Shown here in pieces: positions 28,620 to 36,577 of a stretch of 59,685 nt of DNA (positions are counted from its first letter, which is position 1; each line of letters begins with the position of its first letter). The stretch comes from a virus (taxonomy: Duplodnaviria > Caudoviricetes). The translations under genes and the position numbers were made by a program. The notes beneath the pieces are model-generated. The model was not told where the DNA came from and ran no database searches. It saw nothing but the letters and a program-made list of their open reading frames with translations. The DNA is taken from positions 1-59,685 of the IMG/VR virus record IMGVR_UViG_3300028400_000156, one strand, 5' to 3'.

Positions 28620-29185
28620 GGTGTTTTCCTCGTCTTATGTGACCCGAAGGGATAGCTCGGCGGCAGGCGCACCTCGTTGCGACTGACCACCCGCAGCAGG
28701 TTCGCCACCGCCTGTCGGATATGGTAGGTGGCAACGGTGACACGGACGCCGGCACGTAGTGATACCACCTCGTGTCCTCGTGGCGTGCACAGCAGGAACA
28801 GATTGTGGACCGGGCCGGGCGGCTTGCCCGACGGGTCGAACGGGCAGTCGCTGCAGTTAACGGGTACATCCTTGTGGTTAACCGGACACGCCGACGACGA
28901 CCCGCAAGGGATCTCGTTCACCGGCAGTGGCGGGTGGGGGTGCGCATTGATGTACTCCACCAGCAGCGCCAGGTCTTCGGCGGATATGTCCACGGTGTCC
29001 AGCTCGGGTCCGTCCGCCAGGCCCGCTTCCATCTCGACAAACGGACGCCATGTATCCTTGATCTCCCGGCGTGGGAGGTATCCACCATCGCGTGCACTCT
29101 CAAGCAGTGCCGCTATGAGGTCGCGCAGTGGCATGTTTCGCCAGCTGTCGGGCGACAGGGTAGCTTCAGGTATGGTGTTCGTCAT
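28616..29185 (-). CDS. Cys4 array protein, subfamily B
   Basis: IPCGSSSAC-x10-CSDCP...NLFLLCTPRGH. Confidence 0.7.
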   Translation of the reverse strand: MTNTIPEATLSPDSWRNMPLRDLIAALLESARDGGYLPRREIKDTWRPFVEMEAGLADGPELDTVDISAEDLALLVEYINAHPHPPLPVNEIPCGSSSACPVNHKDVPVNCSDCPFDPSGKPPGPVHNLFLLCTPRGHEVVSLRAGVRVTVATYHIRQAVANLLRVVSRNEVRLPPSYPFGSHKTRKTP

Positions 29186-29703
29186 GCGAGTCCTCCGCTA
29201 TGAGTTGTCTGAACTTGCCTTCGATATCGCCGATCCCGCGCAGGCGATCATGCGTCGACGTGATCGCATCCGGATAAAACGTCGCACCGAGGCGGACGGC
29301 GGTCAGGGTCCGGCGCGTCTCCGAGACCAGGTTGAGCAGCGTCTCCTCGACAATGAACCGCAGGATGTCGAGCGGGTCCGTCAGACCTGCCGCCTGCGCA
29401 TCCCGCTGGTGCACCGCCGGACAGATCGCACAGCTGCGGCGGATGTCATTGGCCGGTGGAACATGACTACAGTCCGCGAACAGCCGGCAAGTCATAGGCT
29501 CCACAGAGGACGGCACCCTGCCTGACGATGTCCGGCCGGCAGCCGTTACCGGCGCCGCAGTGACCCGCGCCGCCAGCGCCCTGGCCTCGTGGCCTCGTGG
29601 CGAGGACTGCATTCAGACTGTCCAGCGCCACGACAAGATTGCGCCCGTCCGAACTGAGCTCGTCCGGCAACGAGTGTGGTACAGACCGCAAGGTGATACT
29701 CAT
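29166..29703 (-). pseudogene. Cys4 array protein, subfamily C, frameshifted at an 8-bp tandem repeat (29586-29601)
   Basis: N-terminus (ORF 29467-29703) and C-terminus (ORF 29166-29612) both align to paralogue 29725-30240; one extra GCCACGAG unit restores the frame. Confidence 0.8.
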
Positions 29704-29724
29704 GGAACCTCCATAGGGTGTTGT

Positions 29725-30240
29725 TTACAGGGTGGGCTCGGCAAGTTGCTCGAACTGCTCCGCCAGGGCATTGAGTTCGCCCAGCCGCTCCAGAGTGGTA
29801 TAGACCCGCGCAGGATTGAAGGATGCACCGAACCGGATTGTATTGAAGGCGATGCGGTCCCGGTTCGCGAGGTTTAACAGTGTCTCCTCGACGAGATGGC
29901 ACAGGGCGTTGAGCGGGTTAGTGGATGGGAGGCCGACCCACTCAAAGTCGCCCTCCATATCAGCAGCAGGACACAAAGTACAGATCGCCGGCGCAGTCGG
30001 CGATCTGTCTACATGTATTACATGCAGGCACTGGTTGAACGCACGGCACATCGCCCCCTCCCTCTCACCATCATCCTTGACTTTGAGCGTGCGCCATGCG
30101 AGCTGCTCGGCCTCACCTCTACGTGGCGACGTGGCGACGTGGCGCAGTGCAGCACCGAGTCGCGCCAGCGCAGTAGCAATAGCAACCCCATCATCGCTGA
30201 GGTTCGCCGGCAAGTTTGTGAGTTCAATTGGATCAGACAT
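29725..30240 (-). CDS. Cys4 array protein, subfamily C
   Basis: CRAFNQC-x15-CTLCP...LVEETLLNL. Confidence 0.7.
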   Translation of the reverse strand: MSDPIELTNLPANLSDDGVAIATALARLGAALRHVATSPRRGEAEQLAWRTLKVKDDGEREGAMCRAFNQCLHVIHVDRSPTAPAICTLCPAADMEGDFEWVGLPSTNPLNALCHLVEETLLNLANRDRIAFNTIRFGASFNPARVYTTLERLGELNALAEQFEQLAEPTL

Positions 30241-30778
30241 GGCTGTCCTCGCTGGGTTGGAGGTTGGTGCCAGTGCCGGCACAGTGCCGGACGAACTCGG
30301 CGAACCGCCGGACCCGCTCAGCGCGAATCCTCGTGGCGGCCACCTGGCCGAGATGGATCACATGGCCGGTGCGCAGCGTGTGCAGGGTGCGGGCGCCATC
30401 GTCGGTCAGTACATCATGGAGATAATTCACCATGAAGTTCAACGCGGCCACGGAGTCCGGCGGCTCGGGGCAGATAACGGACCAGAGCGGCGAGTTCGGA
30501 GCGGCAACATAGGCCGGGCAGACAGGACAGCGTTCGTCTGAAGTGGGATCGTCGTACCCGGAGGTGCAGAACCTACAAGTGGACATCAGAGAACATAGGA
30601 CGGACTCCTGCGGCACCTGATGTGCCGCGACAGTCCGAGAGTACTCCGCCATCAGAGCGCTCAGATCCTCGTGGCGTCGTGGCGTCGTGGCGAGGTACGC
30701 GGCAAGAGCATCCTGCAACTCCTCGACAATGGCAATGACCATGCGCTTAGACTCACTCGTACGACGAACAGTTGTCAT
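30233..30778 (-). CDS. Cys4 array protein, subfamily C
   Basis: ATTPRRHE...CSLMSTC-x15-CPVCP. Confidence 0.7.
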   Translation of the reverse strand: MTTVRRTSESKRMVIAIVEELQDALAAYLATTPRRHEDLSALMAEYSRTVAAHQVPQESVLCSLMSTCRFCTSGYDDPTSDERCPVCPAYVAAPNSPLWSVICPEPPDSVAALNFMVNYLHDVLTDDGARTLHTLRTGHVIHLGQVAATRIRAERVRRFAEFVRHCAGTGTNLQPSEDSHV

Positions 30779-30862
30779 AGATTACTCCTGAATTGGTGAG
30801 GTGACGATGTGTCGGACGGCTTCGTGTATGGCCGTACGAGCTGCGATCTGTTGAGGGTATGT

Positions 30863-31432
30863 CTACCCCTTGCCGGAGCGAGATCGTGGCGTGGTGGCTG
30901 AATTTGCCCCGGTGGCGTCGATGTTTGGGGGCGCCAGTGCGTCCAGCTGGGCGCGGGATGCGTTGCTGTCGCGGATCGCGCCAATTGCCTGAAGCACGCG
31001 CTTGCGCCGTTCCTCAGTGATCTCGACATAGGCCGGGTTGAACTGGTAGGAACTCGACAGCGCGAACAGGTCTCGTGCGTGTGGGTCCAGAAGGACGGCA
31101 AGCGCATTGTCGATGTAATCCACAGGGGATGCGAACCCGCGCTGCTTCTGAGACGCAAACGGGCAGATCCTGCACTTGGCGTCCGCATCACCCTGCGAAG
31201 GCGTCAGCGGGGTGAGGAACCCGCAGGTGGTCAGCGCCAGGCACAGTAGGGGTTCGTCCCGAGCTCCAGGCCCGGCAGCTTTGGCAAGTAACTCTGTCGC
31301 CCGTGCATCCCCCATCAGATGGACGGCACGAGACATCCCGGCACGCAGGGTAGTGAACAATTCCACGAGGGTCGCGTAGTCGTCGTGGATCGGTTCGATG
31401 ATGGTCATGCGGTGGGTCGGAGGTTGAGTCAT
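30863..31432 (-). CDS. Cys4 array protein, subfamily C-like
   Basis: AGGAG RBS; CLALTTC-x16-CRICP. Confidence 0.65.
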   Translation of the reverse strand: MTQPPTHRMTIIEPIHDDYATLVELFTTLRAGMSRAVHLMGDARATELLAKAAGPGARDEPLLCLALTTCGFLTPLTPSQGDADAKCRICPFASQKQRGFASPVDYIDNALAVLLDPHARDLFALSSSYQFNPAYVEITEERRKRVLQAIGAIRDSNASRAQLDALAPPNIDATGANSATTPRSRSGKG

Positions 31433-31482
31433 AGATGCTCCTGAGTTGTTGAGTGGTTCAGTGGCCGGGAGGTACGGCACTT

Positions 31483-31498
31483 TAACGTGTGTATGTTA
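31483..31498. promoter_or_regulatory. TAAC-N8-GTTA operator-like site upstream of the Cys4 array
   Basis: TAACGTGTGTATGTTA. Confidence 0.65.
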
Positions 31499-31664
31499 CC
31501 TCGTGGCGGGGTGGCTGGGTGGCGGGGTGACCCGGCCGGCGGTGCTGTTGTGAATGTCCTCACGAAGTTGAGGAGGTTGTGTCACTGGGGGGTGACACGC
31601 GTAAGTCATTGATTTTATTGTTTATGTCCACGAATTGGCCTCGTGGCGGGGTGGCTGGGTGCGC

Positions 31665-31862
31665 GTAAGTCATTGATTTATAAGTTTCTGTCCAAATCGT
31701 CCAAATCGTCCATGGACATAAAGAGACCCATTTGAAAATCAATTATCACACCAAATAACCGACCAAATATGTCAACTATATAGATATATATATCTATAGA
31801 CCTATATACAGTATTGGACGATTTGGACGATTTGGACAGAAACTTATAAATCAACAACTTAC
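31665..31862. repeat. 48-bp inverted repeat with IHF boxes, 9-bp iterons and an AT-rich palindromic spacer; candidate replication origin
   Basis: 31665-31712 vs 31815-31862 match 46/48; WATCAA-N4-TTR at 31602, 31666 and 31849; perfect 20-bp palindrome 31779-31798. Confidence 0.8.
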
Positions 31863-31900
31863 AAGCGTGCCGTAAAGATGGACAGGCGATGGACGATTTA

Positions 31901-32091
31901 TAACGTATGTATGTTATTGGAGTAAAATCAACCTCCACAACAATACGAAATGCACGTCGCCACGACGCCACGAGGTCACGGGTCATTCACTTGTGCCGTC
32001 ACCTCGTCCGACGAGTCTAATCGTCCAACAATTCGATGCCGTCCACCCGACCGATTTAACGTACATACGTTAAAATAACATACATACGTTA
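31901..32091. promoter_or_regulatory. Three TAAC-N8-GTTA operator-like sites (31901, 32057, 32076)
   Basis: TAACGTATGTATGTTA, TAACGTACATACGTTA, TAACATACATACGTTA. Confidence 0.65.
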
Positions 32092-32320
32092 ACCGGATCA
32101 GACGCCCCTCAACTTTTCAACGAAGTTATCAGTAACTCCGACGAAAAGTTACTGACTGGGTAGGTGGCCGACAATGCTTAGTGGGATGGATTGTCCCGGC
32201 TGTCCCGTGTCGCACGAGGTCGGCGGCTCGCCTGTCGCTTCAGATTCCCAGGGGTTCGCCTGCACCCCACGCCACGACAGGAAGGCGGATTGATTGTGCC
32301 GCTTCCTTGCGGCTTGTGAA

Positions 32321-32902
32321 TCATTGGCCGAACACCCGCTCCAGATATTCGGAGTACGCGGGCGTGGTTATCCCGATCTGGACCAGGGCGACGGCGGTAC
32401 CGCGCAGTTTCTGGTGGACCTCCACCGCGATGTATTGCGGATCTTGCCACCAACTCGGCAGCATCGGCACGAAGCCAATGTGCTCGAAGGTGGATACCTT
32501 CCGGACAGACCCATCCGGCTGGGCCTGCTCGACGGAGCGCCGCTCGGTCACGGCACGCAGGGGGAGGACGCCCTTCCGCGTCAGCGCCTCACTCAGCGCC
32601 TCACTCAGCGCCACGGTCAGGCCGAAATGGCCCCCAATCATGGCAGCCGGCGCGGCCATCTCATCGACCCAGCCGGCGATGTCGGCAGCCCGATCCTCGA
32701 GTGATGGGGGGATATCATACATCGGCGGAATCGTCAGCATCCAGCTGAGATCATCCGGCGCGCGGGTTTCCCAGTCGGCGGGGTCACCCTCAGTCCCGGC
32801 CAGCCATTCGCTGTGACCGAGGAACTCGTCGTGCCACTCCACGACGCCCGCCTGGATCTGGGTGTCAGTGGCGCGGTGCTGGGTCAGGTTGATGATCCTC
32901 AT
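32321..32902 (-). CDS. Hypothetical early phage protein
   Basis: GAGGAG RBS; MRIINLTQHRAT...AMIGG...KVSTFEHIGFV. Confidence 0.7.
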   Translation of the reverse strand: MRIINLTQHRATDTQIQAGVVEWHDEFLGHSEWLAGTEGDPADWETRAPDDLSWMLTIPPMYDIPPSLEDRAADIAGWVDEMAAPAAMIGGHFGLTVALSEALSEALTRKGVLPLRAVTERRSVEQAQPDGSVRKVSTFEHIGFVPMLPSWWQDPQYIAVEVHQKLRGTAVALVQIGITTPAYSEYLERVFGQ

Positions 32903-33004
32903 GTCGTCTCCTCGAATCGGCGATGCAACATTGCATCATCAAACACCCTCGACGAAGGCGCTTGATGATGCGGTCACTTCCCTGTGACCTTGTGGCCGCG
33001 TGGC

Positions 33005-33580
33005 CTAGTGCTTCGTGGCGTTGGCCGCCTCGGCCTCGGCCTCGGCCTCGGCCTTCGCACGGGCGGCGAGGAGTTCGCCGGGCGTGGTGACCTTTTCGTC
33101 CTCGGTGCTGAGGTTCTCAGCCTCCAAGAACTCAGCGACAACCGTCGCGAAGCCCAGGGCGACGGACTCTTCGACTTCGCCGCTCTTAGCGGCCTTCATG
33201 GCGCGCTGCACCAGCCGCGAGGCGGCCGCGACAAGATCGAATTCCTTGTGGACGCTATCCGCCTTGAAGCTGTCCCATCGGACAGCCTTCGCCTGTTCGA
33301 GCAGGGCCTGCGCCGGCTTCGTGCCGGCATCCTTGCGGAAGATGGTCTGCTTGTCCTCACGGGCGAACTCACCCTTCATGAAAACGCTCAGGTACTGGCG
33401 CAACTTGGCGCCACCGATCTTCGGCATTGCGTCCACGAGGGAGCACGCCAGCGAGCTGTCGCCGTGGTCCTTGTAGTGTTCGATCACGGCCACGGCCGTT
33501 TTCTGGACGTGGTTCACGAACGATGCGCCGCGACGGGATACGGACTGGATCATTTTTTCAATCTCTTTGCGAGTGGCCAT
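33005..33580 (-). CDS. Hypothetical early phage protein (first leftward gene)
   Basis: AGAGGA RBS; strongly biased codon usage. Confidence 0.75.
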   Translation of the reverse strand: MATRKEIEKMIQSVSRRGASFVNHVQKTAVAVIEHYKDHGDSSLACSLVDAMPKIGGAKLRQYLSVFMKGEFAREDKQTIFRKDAGTKPAQALLEQAKAVRWDSFKADSVHKEFDLVAAASRLVQRAMKAAKSGEVEESVALGFATVVAEFLEAENLSTEDEKVTTPGELLAARAKAEAEAEAEAANATKH

Positions 33581-34183
33581 TTTGTTTTCCTCTTTCAGGT
33601 TCGACGCAACATCGCGCCTTGATGATCTCTCACGGAAAGCCCATCAAGGCGCGCCCTCACAAGGAAGGCGCGCCAGTCAAGCATGCCGGAATTGCGATGT
33701 GTCACCGTCAGGCACAGTGTGACCCGTACCTGACGCGCGCGCTGTTAAGCCTACGCCATCGCTCACCGGCATGGCCGATTCGCTTTTTCGGCAGTCTCGA
33801 CTGTTCAGGCGATGTATGCACATCGCGGCCTTGTCATTTGTGACTGCGCCCGTGGCCCTCACGGGATAGATCGGCGCTGGCATTCAAGGCGTCATCAAGT
33901 GTCCTGCATCCGGCATGACGCCGTGGCCTTGTGCGCGGGGCAGTCGGTCGCTATTCAGCTATTCCGCCCCACTCGCGCTCCTTGAGTGTCCCGACGATGG
34001 CCTGTGAATCAGGGAGACCTGCCGGCTACATGCGCGCCACCGATGGAAGTCAGCTTGTGCGCCTCAAGTGTAGATCCTGCGTTCCTTGCAACTATAGGGG
34101 TCAAGCGGCTAGGACGGGGGGGTGGGGGCGTCGCGCGGTGGCGGGGGGTATCCCCCCTCTTATCTCACCCACGAGGTCACGAG

Positions 34184-34212
34184 TTGTTTTCATAACATAC
34201 ACACGTTATACT
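34184..34212 (+). promoter_or_regulatory. Sigma70-like rightward promoter overlapped by an operator-like site (34193-34208)
   Basis: TTGTTT-N17-TATACT with TAACATACACACGTTA in the spacer. Confidence 0.6.
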
Positions 34213-34219
34213 CTCACCC

Positions 34220-34489
34220 ATGACGACGATCACAGAAGACCGTTACATCGCGATCTACGCCATGGAGAGCGCACCCAGCCACCAGGACAAGTCGAAATCC
34301 CTGACGTGGTTCACAGCGGGCGTATTCGTTACAGAGTCCGAGGCTGTACTCAACCTCATGACCATGCAAAGCATGGCCTATTTCAAGATCATGAAAGTGC
34401 CGCTCCCCGTTGCCACGACGCCAGCCGAGCGAATTACTGACGATGCCATGCCGAAGACCACGTTGGAACGTCTGCCAGGAGGAAACTGA
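34220..34489 (+). CDS. Hypothetical protein
   Basis: First rightward ORF; TGATG-coupled to the next gene. Confidence 0.5.
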   Translation: MTTITEDRYIAIYAMESAPSHQDKSKSLTWFTAGVFVTESEAVLNLMTMQSMAYFKIMKVPLPVATTPAERITDDAMPKTTLERLPGGN

Positions 34490-34674
34490 TGGCCAAGCAA
34501 CCCACCGGAAAGAAGCGGATTAACTTCTATGTGCCGGAGAAACACCTCGAAATTGCCGCACAGATGGCGAGGCACCGCGGCATAACCGTGTCAGAACTCC
34601 TTCGGTGGTGTATCCTTCAGGGGTTGAGAATTGCCGCCAACGAGGACCGGGTAACCAACCCAAGCAATGAGTAG
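34489..34674 (+). CDS. Ribbon-helix-helix (CopG/Arc-like) DNA-binding protein
   Basis: KRINFYVP strand followed by ARHRGITVSELLR. Confidence 0.75.
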   Translation: MAKQPTGKKRINFYVPEKHLEIAAQMARHRGITVSELLRWCILQGLRIAANEDRVTNPSNE

Positions 34675-35128
34675 CCTGACCCCGATATCCATTGATCCGG
34701 AGAACCTGAGCTCCCAGCTCGCCTATGATGTGGCGAGCAAACTGCTGACGGTCGACGATATCCTCGTGAAGTATGAACTCACGCGCGAGGAGTTCATGCG
34801 GTTGGTGAAAACCGATGAGTTCAAGAAGCTCTATGCCGAGGCGAAGCTGGCCTGGGAAGGAGATGCCAAGGCGCGCATCCAGGCCAAGGCGGCGATGGCG
34901 GTGGAGGACTCACTGCTGACCGTCCACAGCATGCTGGTCAACGATATGGTGCCAGCCACGGCGCGGCTTGAAGCCTTCAAACAGCTCAAATCCATCGCTG
35001 GGGTCGAGCCCGACAAGAAGGAAACAGGCACCGGCGCCCACGTCGCCATCTCGATCAATCTTGGCGATGCCGGTGGAACGACCATCGAGGCCACGGCGAC
35101 ACCAATAGCCTCCGATGACAGCACCTGA
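34667..35128 (+). CDS. Probable terminase small subunit
   Basis: Directly upstream of and coupled to TerL; helical with C-terminal ISINL strand. Confidence 0.55.
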   Translation: MSSLTPISIDPENLSSQLAYDVASKLLTVDDILVKYELTREEFMRLVKTDEFKKLYAEAKLAWEGDAKARIQAKAAMAVEDSLLTVHSMLVNDMVPATARLEAFKQLKSIAGVEPDKKETGTGAHVAISINLGDAGGTTIEATATPIASDDST

Positions 35129-36525
35129 TGGCTGGTGATTTCACGTTTGACTACACCCCGCCGCCGACGCTCAGACGCATGATGCTGTCGGACGCCCGGG
35201 TGCGGGTGGTGCGTGGCCCAGTGGGTTCGGGCAAGACGACAGCGATGATTATGGAGCTGTTGCGACGTGCCGCGGCGCAGGCACCTGGCCCCGACGGCGT
35301 GCGGCGATCCCGTGGCGTCGTGGTGCGCAACACCCTGCCCCAGCTCAAATCCACCTGTCTCGAGTCCATAATGACCCTGCTCGGGCCCATAGCGCGGTAC
35401 AGGGCCAGTGACCATATCGTGCAGATCCGGGCGGGTGACATTCACTCGGACTGGCTGTTGTTGCCGCTCGACACTGCCGAGAACGTGCAGCGGCTGCTCT
35501 CCCTGGAGCTCACCTTCGGCTGGATATCCGAGGTGCGGGAAGTGGACCCGCAGATCGCCATGGACGTGTACTCGCGGCTGGGGCGGTATCCGTCGAAGGC
35601 CATCGTGCCGCCGACGTGGTATGGCCTCGTGATGGAGACCAACTCGTTCTCGGAGGACTCGCCGTGGAACGAGCTGCTGGAGCACAACCTGCCTGACAAC
35701 TGGGAGTATTTCATCCAGCCATCGGGCCTCTCGCCGGAGGCGGAGAACGTGGAGAACCTCCCGCCGGACTACTACAAGGACATGGTGGCGTCCAACACGC
35801 CGGAGTGGGTGGAGCAGTACGTCGAGAACAAGGTCACGCCGTCACTCAGTGGCCAGGCGGTCTACAAGGAGTCCTGGGTCGATGACTTCCATACGGCGCG
35901 GGGGCTCACCACATCGCCGGGCATGCCGCTCATCGTCGGCATGGACTTCGCCCGGTGGCCGGCCGCGGTCATCACGCAGCTCGACAATCGCGGGTCGCTG
36001 CGGGTGTTCAAGGAGCTGGAGCACGAGAACTGCGGCGTGGAGAAATTTGTCGACGAGGACTTGTTGCCGACGCTCATGGAGGACGAACGGTTCCGGTCCA
36101 AGTCCATACTGGTCGTGGGCGACCCGTCGGGCGTGAGCCGGGGGGAGATCGGCGAGGAGTCGGTGTTCGACATGCTCAAGCGCAAGGGGTTTTCGGCGGC
36201 GCCGGCGATGACCAATAACATCCAGCCGCGCATACGTGCCGTCGAGAAGTACCTGTTGCAGCAGCGCTCGGGCAAGGCGGCACTGCTGGTGGACCGTGAC
36301 GGATGCCCCAAACTCATACAGGGCTTCCGTGGGGAGTACCGGTACAAGAGAAAACGGGGGTCTGGCGTTATGGATACGAAGCCCGACAAGACGAACCGGC
36401 CATTTGCTGACTTGCATGACGCCCTGCAGTACGCCTGCCTGGGTACATCCAAGCAGATACTGGGCCGCGTGATGGTCAGATCGCGCGAGCCGGAGCGTCC
36501 GCCGCCCATAGCGAGCTGGACTTGA
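35128..36525 (+). CDS. terL: Terminase large subunit
   Basis: RGPVGSGKTT, VVRNTLPQLK, VGMDF, GDPSG, DLHDALQY. Confidence 0.92.
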   Translation: MAGDFTFDYTPPPTLRRMMLSDARVRVVRGPVGSGKTTAMIMELLRRAAAQAPGPDGVRRSRGVVVRNTLPQLKSTCLESIMTLLGPIARYRASDHIVQIRAGDIHSDWLLLPLDTAENVQRLLSLELTFGWISEVREVDPQIAMDVYSRLGRYPSKAIVPPTWYGLVMETNSFSEDSPWNELLEHNLPDNWEYFIQPSGLSPEAENVENLPPDYYKDMVASNTPEWVEQYVENKVTPSLSGQAVYKESWVDDFHTARGLTTSPGMPLIVGMDFARWPAAVITQLDNRGSLRVFKELEHENCGVEKFVDEDLLPTLMEDERFRSKSILVVGDPSGVSRGEIGEESVFDMLKRKGFSAAPAMTNNIQPRIRAVEKYLLQQRSGKAALLVDRDGCPKLIQGFRGEYRYKRKRGSGVMDTKPDKTNRPFADLHDALQYACLGTSKQILGRVMVRSREPERPPPIASWT

Positions 36526-36577
36526 CATGGCCTCGTGGCTACTATAGCTGCGAGCAAACCCACCTGGAGTCACCACC

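Noticed and set aside
25168-31432. Cys4 proteins as WhiB or ferredoxin family members
   Set aside because: Spacing differs: WhiB is C-xn-C-x2-C-x5-C and bacterial ferredoxins are C-x2-C-x2-C-x3-C, whereas these are C-x5-C-xn-C-x2-C
31480-32110. CRISPR array or tRNA in the non-coding region
   Set aside because: Repeats are inverted or irregularly spaced with no unique spacers; no cloverleaf recognised
36522-36550. TTGACA upstream of the portal gene as a sigma70 promoter
   Set aside because: No convincing -10 hexamer at 16-18 bp spacing; the TGA is the terminase stop codon
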